A stretch of 64,000 nt of DNA from NCBI RefSeq assembly GCF_009914755.1, contig NC_060932.1; one strand, given 5' to 3'. This document shows positions 9,901 through 23,396 of this stretch, piece after piece (position 1 is the first letter of the stretch; each line of letters begins with the position of its first letter). The notes beneath the pieces are model-generated. The model had not been told where the DNA came from. It saw nothing but the letters and a program-made list of their open reading frames with translations, and made no database searches. This DNA comes from the human T2T-CHM13v2.0 reference genome, Homo sapiens. The position numbers were made by a program, and so were the translations under genes.

Positions 9901-10644
9901 TAGTGGTCTATCAATTTTGTTGATGGTTTCAAAAAACCCGCTCCTGGATTCATTGATTTTTTGAAGGGTTTTTTGGGTCTCTATCTCCTTCAGTTCTGCT
10001 CGGATCTTAGTTATTTCTTGCCTTCTGCTAGCTTTTGAATGTGTTTGCTCTTGCTTCTCTCATCCTTTTAATGGTGATGTTAGGGTATGCATTTTTGATC
10101 TTTCCTGCTTTCCCTTGTGGGCATTTAGTGCTATAAATTTCCCTCTACACACTGCTTTAAATGTGTCCCAGAGATTCTGGTATGTTGTGTCTTTGTTCTC
10201 ATTGCTTTCAGAGAATATCTTTATTTCTGCCTTCATTTCGTTATGTACCCAGTACTCATTCAGGAGCAGCTTGTCCGGTTTCCATGCAGTTGAGCGGTTT
10301 TGAGTGAGTTTCTCAATCCTGAGGTCTAGTGTGATTGCAATGTGGTCTGAGAGACCGTTTGTAATAATTTCTGTTATTTTACTTTTACTGAGGAGTGCTT
10401 TACTTCCAACTATGTGGTCAATGTGGAAATAAGTGTGATGTGGTGCTGAGAAGAATGTATATTCTGTTGATTTGGGGTGGAGCGTTCTGTAGATGTCTCC
10501 TAGGTCCGCTTGGTGCAGAGCTGAGCTCAATTCCCGGATATCCTTTTTTAACTTTCTGTCTCGTTGGTGTGTCTAATGTTGACAGTGGGGTGTTAAGTTT
10601 GCCATTATTATTATTATTACTATGTGGGAGTCTAAGTCTCTTTT
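6971..10644 (-). mobile_element. 5'-truncated L1PA (roughly L1PA4-like), 3.67 kb, ORF2 disrupted
   Basis: ORF2 fragments from the endonuclease, RT ([21 protein letters not shown]) and C-terminal regions. Primate L1 3'UTR and a T-rich tail. 11-bp TSD GATCACACTTT at 6960-6970 and 10645-10655. Confidence 0.97.
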
Positions 10645-10775
10645 GATCACACTTTAAAGACCAAAAGGTAGAAGCGCAAAGACGTTATCTGTCCAATATT
10701 ACAAACCTAGTAAGTGGTGGAATTTGGCCTTGAACCCAGATCTGTAACTCCAGAGCCGAAGTGCTTCACCCACCT
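10645..10775 (-). mobile_element. MIR, second half (split by the L1PA insertion; recurs in every unit)
   Basis: CTAGTAAGTGGTGGAATTTGGCCTTGAACCCAGATCTGTAACTCCAGAGCC resembles antisense MIR. Confidence 0.65.
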
Positions 10776-10885
10776 CCCTGTGGTGCCTCTACAGAAAAAG
10801 AGGTAAGCAGGCATTCCGAAAGCTGGTGGGCCGGGGGGCTGGCCTTGTACTCAGAAGCCATGGAAGTCCCACGTGGGGTGGCTAG

Positions 10886-11081
10886 TGGTGTAAGGACAGA
10901 GGTCTCGGATGGGCAGAGGGATGTGGACAGGCGCGAGGGCGCGCGGCAGGGACTCGGGGGACTGGGAGTGGCGGCTCGGGGCTGCGGGAGGCGATTGGTG
11001 GAAGGACAGAGGTCTGGGAGGGGCAGAGGGATGTGGACAGGCCCGAGGGGCCGCGGCAGGGATTCCGGGGGACCGGGAGTG
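10886..11081. repeat. ~110-bp G-rich direct duplication downstream of the REXO1L stop (recurs in every unit)
   Basis: AAGGACAGAGGTCT..GGGCAGAGGGATGTGGACAGGC..GCGGCAGGGA..GGGAGTGG at 10892 and 11002. Confidence 0.85.
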
Positions 11082-11208
11082 GGGGGTTGGGGTTACTCTT
11101 GGCTTTTTGCCCTCTCCTGCCGCCGGCTGCTCCAGTTTCTTTCGCTTTGCGGCGAGGTGGGCAGGGTGAGCTCTCGGGACTGATGGCGGTTTTGGAAGAG
11201 GCCTGGGG

Positions 11209-13236
11209 CTAAGGACAGGCCAGGGCGGCGGGAGAGGCGGACCGGTGGCGTGGCTGGATCTGGGCGCGCTGTCGGACCTTCCACATCACCAGCTGCAGGC
11301 AGGCGTTTGCGTCCTCGCTGGAGTTGTGGCCGTCCTGGCTGTCCTGGATGATCTGTGCCAGGTAGTCGGCCGCGAGATTCCTGAGGGAGCGCTTGTAGGG
11401 GAAACCCAGGTAGTGCGGGAAGAGCACGGCCGTGTCCACCACGGTGCTGTGGATGAGCTTCAGGGCCAGCAGGTCGCTCTCCAGGCTGTGCCCGATGAGG
11501 ATGGTTTGGGCGCTGAAAAAGCTCAGCAGGATGGCTTGGACTTGGGGCAACGTGATGCTCGTCTTGGCGACGTCGGCCTCGGTGACTCCGGAAAACCTGG
11601 TGTTGTAGTCCACGATCTCGTTGTCGGGCTTGACGAAGGTGTCGTACACCACTCGCATGTCGGCGTCCACCACGGTGACGCGGGTCAGCTCTAGGCCATG
11701 CGTGGTGTAGCACATCTCACAGTCCAAGGCGTAGATTCCTGGATAAGCGTCTCTGGACAACTCTTTCTTGAAGGTCTCCACGAAGCCATCGAGGCTCTCC
11801 TTGCGGCCGTCCCGCACGTGCTGCTTTGCCACCTGGCAGCCCACAGAGCCAGGAGCAGCTGCACAGCAGGTGTACTGGCTAACCCGGCCTCCAGCCACCT
11901 GGCTCGAGCGGACCCGCCCCCAGTGATAATAACACAACTGGTCGCGTACACAGCGGCCCGAGGAGGACACCAGGTACTCGGTGCCACAACGGCAGCAGAC
12001 CCTGCAGGAGGAGTCGCCGGGCCCCTTCCCCTGGCCAGTGAAGAGGACGGCGCCTCCGGGCCGCTCGGGGTGCGGGAAGGGGTAGCCGTTCTCCTTGAGC
12101 TGGTCCTGGGTGAGCAGGAACTCCTGGAGGCGGCTGTACAGGGCGGCCCTGCTGAGGCCGGGCATGGAGCTGGGGGTCAGGCCCTTCAGTCTCTTGAGGG
12201 TGTTCAGGACCACGTTCAGGTACCTGTTCTTGTTGGGGCTGCAGTCGTAGGCCACCTTCTCCTCGTTCAGCGCCTTCTCCTCGGCCTCCTGCTTGGAGGC
12301 GCAGAACTTGAGACACTCTTCGGTGAACAGTTGGAGATAGCCTCGGCGGAGGACGGTGGGGACTTGGCACCCAGAGCTTCGGAGGATAATGGGTTTCTTC
12401 AAACTCAAACTCGGTAAGGATGCACGACGGACGATTCGCTTAGAGCTGGTGGTGGCGGTGGTCTTGCATGCCATCCCTGACCTGTTGCGCGTCTTCCCTG
12501 GCTGTCTGCCGACCTTGGAGCCACGGGAGCGTTGGCTGCTGCTGGCCACCCGGGTTCTCTTGGCATCTGTGTAACCTGTGACCAAGCAAGGGCTGGAAGA
12601 GTGGGCGATCGTCTTCCTCTTCCTGGGGGCTGAGATGCGGACTCCCGAGGGCCTCTCTGTCAGCCTTGGGGCGGCTGGCAAGCGGCAGGCCGATCCCCTC
12701 TGCGCAGGGAAGTAGCACGACTCCGTCACCATCTTGGGCCACGCTGGGGGCACCGCCGGACCCCTGTTCTGGGGCTCCGCCTGGATGTCCACAAATGCTG
12801 AGGCCTGCTTGTGCATCTGGGGCACCCAGAGCCCGAAGCTCTGGGCAGGCTGATGAGAGGGCAGTGGGAATTCTGGAGCCTCGAGGGCCGCCTCCTCGGC
12901 CACCTTCTTAGCTTCTGGGTATCCAGGTGGGAACCAGCAGGGAGCTGTGGCTCGCAACATCTTGCTGCCTTCGGGAGCACCGGCCGGGCTCTGCTCCGCT
13001 CCCAAATGGCGGCTTGCCTCCGGGGCCGCCTCCTTGGCCACCTTCTTAGCTTCTGGGTATCCAGGGCGGAACCAGCAGGGAGCTGTGGCTCGCAACATCT
13101 TGCTGCCTTCGGGAGCACCGGCCTGGCTCTGCTCCCCTCCCAAATGGCGGCTTGCCTCCAGGGCCGCCTCCTCGGCCACCTTCTTAGCTTCTGGGTATCC
13201 AGGGGGGAACCAGCAGGGAGCTGTGGCTCGCAACAT
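11209..13236 (-). CDS. REXO1L1: Intronless REXO1-like DEDDh 3'-5' exonuclease (GOR), 675 aa
   Basis: Uninterrupted ORF from the first ATG (13236) to TAG. ExoI ALDCEM, ExoII GHSLESD and ExoIII GHNSSED motifs, a Cys/His-rich region and a REXO1-like helical region. The exact paralog cannot be assigned, and several are catalogued as pseudogenes. Confidence 0.9.
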   Translation of the reverse strand: MLRATAPCWFPPGYPEAKKVAEEAALEASRHLGGEQSQAGAPEGSKMLRATAPCWFRPGYPEAKKVAKEAAPEASRHLGAEQSPAGAPEGSKMLRATAPCWFPPGYPEAKKVAEEAALEAPEFPLPSHQPAQSFGLWVPQMHKQASAFVDIQAEPQNRGPAVPPAWPKMVTESCYFPAQRGSACRLPAAPRLTERPSGVRISAPRKRKTIAHSSSPCLVTGYTDAKRTRVASSSQRSRGSKVGRQPGKTRNRSGMACKTTATTSSKRIVRRASLPSLSLKKPIILRSSGCQVPTVLRRGYLQLFTEECLKFCASKQEAEEKALNEEKVAYDCSPNKNRYLNVVLNTLKRLKGLTPSSMPGLSRAALYSRLQEFLLTQDQLKENGYPFPHPERPGGAVLFTGQGKGPGDSSCRVCCRCGTEYLVSSSGRCVRDQLCYYHWGRVRSSQVAGGRVSQYTCCAAAPGSVGCQVAKQHVRDGRKESLDGFVETFKKELSRDAYPGIYALDCEMCYTTHGLELTRVTVVDADMRVVYDTFVKPDNEIVDYNTRFSGVTEADVAKTSITLPQVQAILLSFFSAQTILIGHSLESDLLALKLIHSTVVDTAVLFPHYLGFPYKRSLRNLAADYLAQIIQDSQDGHNSSEDANACLQLVMWKVRQRAQIQPRHRSASPAALACP

Positions 13237-13291
13237 CTTGCTGCCTTCGGGAGCACCGGCCTGGCTCTGCTCCTCTCCCAACTGGCGGCTT
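12878..13291 (-). repeat. 3 x 138-bp coding repeat
   Basis: Copy of 686..1099. Confidence 0.95.
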
Positions 13292-13292
13292 C

Positions 13293-13453
13293 AATGAGTG
13301 CTGCGGCCGCCACTTGTCGCCTTTATATAGGCACAGGGCAGACTGGGTGGGACTTCTCCTTGATAGGTTGGTGCTTCAGTCCAATCACACTGAGCCTCAT
13401 CTTCCACCAGACTCCAGCTTGGGAATGCCTCAGGGGGTGCGCTAATGGAATCA
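13293..13453 (-). promoter_or_regulatory. Predicted core promoter (TATA/Inr/CCAAT/DUX-type site)
   Basis: Copy of 1101..1261. Confidence 0.7.
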
Positions 13454-13774
13454 ACTGGAACTCCCGGTTGCTAAACTTGGAGCTAGGTTGCTTTTCCTGA
13501 GTTAAGTAACTGTCCCTGCAGGGCAGTCCTATAATGGCTACTGGAATTGGGCTACCTAGGATTAAATTAAGGTTCAGGGAGGTTGGTCAACTTGCTTGGG
13601 CCCACACAGCACCCCTTGGAGCCAGGACTGGGCCAGCAGTCTGCTGCATGCTGGAGGGCGGGATCCCTCTGGGGCTGCCTTTCCCTGCTCTGTGCACTCC
13701 GCCGCTGCGGGCAAATTGAGGACAGGAAGCGGACCGCACCCACTTCTCTCCCAGGACTTGGGCAATGTTCAACA

Positions 13775-14663
13775 CAGGTGGTCTTCCAAAGGTTCATAGA
13801 AAATGCACATGGTGAAGAAACTATGCATGGATTTCCACTGGTTTGCACTAAAATAAACTTGTCCTAACTTCTGATAACCTTTCTGAACTAGATCTAGTTT
13901 GAGGCACTAAGAAGGATGAGACATCCACTGAAAAGGACTCCCGTCAGAGCAACATGAATTCCACGAAAATTGCAGCAAGAGGAAACATCAAATTTATGGT
14001 GAAGCTTGGGTGGAAGATTGAAGAAATCATTGACGTTTTAAGAAAAGCTTGTAAGGACACTACCCCAAAGAAATGAACTCTTTACGAATGTATAGCTTGT
14101 TTCAAGAAGAGGTGAGAAGATGTGGAAGATGAATCCTGCAGTGGCTGTGAAAACCACTGTGCCCAGATCAGCTGCAGTTACGACGAGAGCTATCAGTGGA
14201 AATTTTAAACAGGAGGGATCACGATCCTGACGCATCCCTCTGACAAATCGTAAGCGGCAGTTGGAACATGGCTTCACCAATATGATCTCGAAGGCAAAGC
14301 ATCATGAAAGCGATGGCTACCAAGAGGTGGCAGTGGTCCAGTCAAAGGAAAAGGAGGCCAGTCAGGAGCCCACATCATGGCATCAGTGTTTTGGGACACT
14401 CAAGGCATTTTGCTTGTTGACTTTCTGAAAGGCCAAACATCTGCTTATTAGGAGAGTGTTCTGAGAAGCTTAGATAAAGCTTTGGTAGAAACATGCTGGG
14501 AAAGTCTCACTAGATCCTTGTTCACCACATCAATGCTCTGCTCATTCCTCTCATCAAACAAGGGCAATTTTGTCAGTTTCAATGGGCAGTCCTTAGGAAT
14601 TCACCTTACGGGCTGCTTTCATTCCTTCTAAATTCTTTTTGTTTCCTAATGATAAAAAGTCTC
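13775..14663 (+). mobile_element. Decayed Hsmar2 mariner
   Basis: Copy of 1583..2471. Confidence 0.88.
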
Positions 14664-17101
14664 CTTGCCTTGCTTGGAAAGATGAGAGAAAGTCTCCTTG
14701 CCTTGTTTGGACAGATGAGAGATGAGATCCTCCTCTTCTCTCCCAGGACAGAATGGTGAGACTTGAGTTTCCTTTCTCCTCACTCTTCTCCTCCTTGAGG
14801 GAGCTGCTGTGCCGGACAGACCTGCCCCCGTGTCTAGACACTGGTAGACTCGTTTAAGTTCCTCACAGGCAATCCTCCATGGGGTCAAAGTGGAAGGACT
14901 TATTTCTTCAGGGCTCAGTAGTCCACATCCTGGCGCGCACCTTCACCAGCCCAGGGCGGGGTAGAGGAGGGTGAAAGGGCGTGGCTCAGAGCCCGCTTCT
15001 TCCGCTCGGGCGTATCCTGGGAGGAACCCTTGTCCGGTGAGCATGTCTTCGTCTCTACCAAATTCCCTAGTGGGACATTTCTGGCAGCCCTACTTGTTCA
15101 GCAGCTTACGGGGGTCAGGTGGACCTCTGCTAGTCACCAGCCTGAAGCCCTTTCTCCATTTCAGCTATTTTGGCAGTTGCCTAGGTGACTTTTGAACCTC
15201 ATTATCCAGAACAGCAAACGGACGAGGGGTGAGAAGAGTGGCCGTCTGGGTTTGCAGCATAGTGCTGCCTTCTAGGAGTTGTGCAGTCTTCGATTGTGTG
15301 AAACTTCACCTGGCTGATTTGTGGCAATGCCTCCACAAATTCGCTAAATTCAGTAGCTTTTGCCTTCCAAGATTCATTTACACAATGTTGAATGCTTTAA
15401 AGGAATGAGCATGAAGAGTGCTGGGCTGGAAAGTGATGAGATGGGTGGTAGGGACTCCTCGGAGTAGAGGAGTAGAGTTTTACTATTATGACTAGGAGGC
15501 AAATAAAAAGAAGCTGAACGTGATCCATAATAAAAGAAGCACACACTCACAGAGCTCCATACCAACTACATTAAAATGGAAATCATGATATTTGGAAATA
15601 CAACTTAATTGGAAATCATTAAGTAATCTCATCAACCTTTTTACAGTGGGTGGCAGGGCTATGGAGGGAAAACAGCAATGGTTCTGGCACCTACTTAACT
15701 TGATTCCATTAAATTCACCCAACAGGCCTCCAGAGAAGATATTACTGCTTTGATATTACAAAGGGAAAAACAGCTATGGCGTCTCTGAAAAGCGCAACGT
15801 GCTAGGACTGGAATGACTTTAAAACCACACATAAATTTCTGAGAGATTTTTGCCATAAGGTACCATCCACCTTACTGTAAACCACATCCTAAAATTGTCT
15901 GCAGTGCAAATGGATTATGTGCATCCAACAGGAAACAGCATAGGTTGAGAAGCTGTTACTTAATAGCTTCATTGTCACCACGAGTGTAAAGTGTGGGGTC
16001 TCATCACTTTTGCACCCACGTTTTGCCTGTTGGTTTCTCCACACTGTCAGGAGCATTTGACCAACTCACTGTGGCTCAGGGTCCCTTACGCAGCCTGTTG
16101 GGGAAACCAGTGGGTATTGAAGACCTGCCTCTGGTGTGCCAGGAGGTTGTGCCTGCCGGCCACTCTGACTTGCGATCTTCCGCCTCAGTGTATGGCTTCC
16201 TACACCTGGGTAATTAACATTGCCAGCATGATAAGGAGGTCCTTTCATCACTATTGCCACTAGTCCTTCCGACTCCTGTGCCCTGTTTCTCCTTTATTGG
16301 AACCCAAGAACGAGTAAACATAGCATTTTCAAACATCCCGCCCCCTTCCCTGGTAACACCAATATTCCACCATCCTAATTCCCTCACAAGCATTCAGTCT
16401 CTCCACCCTGAGGTGGTGAAATCCCTGCAGGCATTTATAAGTATACCTGGACAGAAGAAATACAAGATACCGTTCTATTAACTCAATGTAGTGTTGCTAA
16501 GTTCGTACTTTTGCTTGGTTTATTTTATTTTATAAATAGGTATCACTCGCATGGTTCCAAATGCGATAGGCACAGAGAGTATATATGATGGAATTACATC
16601 CTCCTTCCCTGCACTCAGCAACCGAGATCTTCCCGCTACGGGCACTCAAAGGTTTCATTGTCTGAAATATCAGCCTAAACGTAGTTTATGTTTAGGAAGC
16701 AACAACCGTAAATAGGCCCACATCCAAACGGAGTGGATTTAGGTTTCACTTTTTCAAGGAAAAACCATCAAAGAATTTTTCCACATACTTATAAACCATC
16801 CCACGTATAGAATCCATTTTTACTGACACAAATTTAGTACCAATAAACGACTCTTCTTCTCAATTTGTTTTATTTAACAATAAGTCTTGAACGTCATTCC
16901 CAGTTAACATTTTGAAGAGTTTCCTCTCTTTCGTTCTGTTTTAGCTGCAAAGTATTCTTCCGTAAGGATGAACGTACTATAATTTATTAGCCAGCCACTT
17001 AGTGATGTACAATTAAGCAGTTTTAAATCTTTGACTCTTGGAAATATTGTTTCTCACACATAAATATTTCTATAAAATAAATTAGTTGAATTAGAATTGT
17101 T

Positions 17102-17314
17102 GGAGTTCAAGACCAGCCTGGCCAACATGGTGAAACCCCATCTCTACTAGAAACACAAAATTAGCCGGACATGCCGGTACATGCCTCTAATCTCAGGTGA
17201 GGCAGGAGAATCACTTCAACCTGGGAGGCAGAGGTTGTAGTGACTCGAAATCAAGCCACTGCACTCCAGCCTGGGCGACGCGAGCGAAACTCTGTCTCAA
17301 AAAACCAAAAAAAA
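17102..17314 (+). mobile_element. 5'-truncated Alu (AluS-like)
   Basis: Copy of 4910..5122. Confidence 0.92.
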
Positions 17315-17316
17315 TT

Positions 17317-18167
17317 AAACATAAAAAGAAAAGCGGTACATATACCCAATAGAACACAATTCAGCCTTAAAAAAGAAAGAAATCATCTCATTGGCAACAC
17401 GAATGAGCCTAGAGGATGGTACACTGAGTGAAAGAAAGCAAAGGCCAGGCACGGTGGCTCATGCCTGTAATCCCAGTACTTTGGGAGGCCAAGGCAGGTG
17501 GAAGCGTTGAGCCCAGGAGTTGGAGATGAACCTGGGCAACATGGTGAAACCCCATCTCTAAAAGAAACACAAAAATTAGCCAAGTGTGGCGTTGGAAGCC
17601 TGTAGTCCTAGCTATTCAGGAGGCTGAAGCGGGAGGAACTCTCGACCCCGGGAGGTGGAGGCCGTGGTGAGTGAGCCGTGTTTGTGTCACTGTACTCCAG
17701 CCTGGGTGACAGACTGAGACCCTGTCTCAAAAAATAAATAATTACATAATAAAGATTTAAAAAGCAAGCACAAAAAGACAAATACTGCATGATCTCACTT
17801 ATATGTGCAATCTCAAACAATGCAACTCATAGCTGTAGAGAGCAGAACGGTGGTTACCCGAGGCAGGGGTCAGGGAGGGACTGGAGAGATGATAGTCTCA
17901 TGATACAAAATTTCAGAGAGGAATGGTTCTAGAGATCTATTGAACAGCCTGGCATCTACAGTGTATAAGTATGTATTGTATACTTGAAAATTGCTATAAG
18001 AGTAGATTTTAGACATGTCCTCATCACATTAAAATCAGTATGTGAGGAAACGAGTGTGTTAATTAGCTTGATTTTGTCATTCCACAATGTATACACATAT
18101 GAAACATCATGTTGTATGCCATAAATATATATAATTTTTATTTGTCAAGTTAAAATTAAAATTCATA
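17317..18167 (+). mobile_element. L1MA-type 3' fragment
   Basis: Copy of 5125..5975. Confidence 0.8.
17443..17753 (+). mobile_element. Alu (AluJ-like)
   Basis: Copy of 5251..5561. Confidence 0.93.
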
Positions 18168-19160
18168 TAAATTATAAAAATAAAATGAAACAACATACAC
18201 TACAAAAGACTTTTATTTATTAAATCCCCACAGAAGGGGTCAGAGTGATAAAGGAAAATAAAATTCCGGGAACGGTAAATCAATCAGAAATGCCCTACTT
18301 CAGTGCTTTCGAAATTTGTCTGACAGAGTGGAAATCCAGTTTTTCACTAAGTCACTGTTCTGGAACAGTTTGTGTGTGTGTATGTATGTGTGTGAGGGCT
18401 CACATACACAAATTGAACTAATGGAAGTGTAAGCATTCAAATTATCAGTTTAATTTAGTTCTATACATATACAAACACACACACTCACACACCGAAAACA
18501 TTGATAAAATCAGCCATTCCAGCAAAACTAGCTACTTAGTGTCTATCTCTCCTTGAAGATTCAAACTAGAAATGAGGATTTAGAGAGGCATGATGGTTCG
18601 TTCTCTCTTGGAGCCCAGTTCGAAGTTGACTGACTGATTCAGTCATTGTAATTGGTTGGTCTTGGGGAAGAATCCACTTTGACTCTTGGGAAGTCAGCTA
18701 GGTCAGCGGACAGAGCAGGGGCTCTGGAGCCAGACTGCCTGCACCCGACTTCTAGCTATGATACCTTGGAAAAACTACTTATCACCTGGGCTTCAGGTTC
18801 CTCATCTGTAAAATGGGGATAAGAATGCTATCTCTCTCACAACTGTTAGGAGGACTGACTGGGTTAATACGTGCAAAGTACCAAGTACATAAGAAACCAA
18901 CAGCCAGTGCTCATTACAATCATTATTATTTTGGGCAAGTTAAGCCGCATGGTTTCTTTAGGTATAAAATTAGGCTTTATTTACCTACCTGTTGGGTTGT
19001 TCCAAGGATTAATCACATAGTGTTCATGAATTCCCTTTATAAACTATTATAGAAAAGAAATATAGTTAACATTAATTGAACACCTACTATGTGCGATCGT
19101 TTTAAGGCTTGCCATGTGCTGCTTCATTCAGTCCGCACCATGACATTAGGATCACACTTT

Positions 19161-22832
<3,672 letters not shown>

Positions 22833-23396
22833 GATCACACTTTAAAGACCAAAAGGTAGAAGCGCAAAGACGTTATCTGTCCAATATTACAAACCTAGTA
22901 AGTGGTGGAATTTGGCCTTGAACCCAGATCTGTAACTCCAGAGCCGAAGTGCTTCACCCACCTCCCTGTGGTGCCTCTACAGAAAAAGAGGTAAGCAGGC
23001 ATTCCGAAAGCTGGTGGGCCGGGGGGCTGGCCTTGTACTCAGAAGCCATGGAAGTCCCACGTGGGGTGGCTAGTGGTGTAAGGACAGAGGTCTCGGATGG
23101 GCAGAGGGATGTGGACAGGCGCGAGGGCGCGCGGCAGGGACTCGGGGGACTGGGAGTGGCGGCTCGGGGCTGCGGGAGGCGATTGGTGGAAGGACAGAGG
23201 TCTGGGAGGGGCAGAGGGATGTGGACAGGCCCGAGGGGCCGCGGCAGGGATTCCGGGGGACCGGGAGTGGGGGGTTGGGGTTACTCTTGGCTTTTTGCCC
23301 TCTCCTGCCGCCGGCTGCTCCAGTTTCTTTCGCTTTGCGGCGAGGTGGGCAGGGTGAGCTCTCGGGACTGATGGCGGTTTTGGAAGAGGCCTGGGG

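Larger units (their letters stand above)
10900..13330. other. CpG-island-like segment covering the REXO1L gene (one per unit)
   Basis: Visibly GC- and CpG-rich compared with the AT-rich spacer. Includes a NotI site (13303-13310). Not computed. Confidence 0.7.

Noticed and set aside
7188-10530. Reverse transcriptase/endonuclease ORFs as an active or novel RT system paired with the exonuclease
   Set aside because: They are ordinary L1 ORF2 fragments broken by stops and frameshifts. The element is 5'-truncated, with no ORF1 or promoter.
13237-13281. 15-aa N-terminal extension (MGEEQ...) in the 690-aa ORF call
   Set aside because: It starts at TTG only about 14 nt from the predicted TSS. The first real ATG is at 13236, giving 675 aa.
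11093-13500. Overlapping 100-239 aa ORFs on both strands
   Set aside because: These are shadow frames of a GC-rich CDS and its 138-bp repeat. Most have non-ATG starts and none has a recognisable domain.
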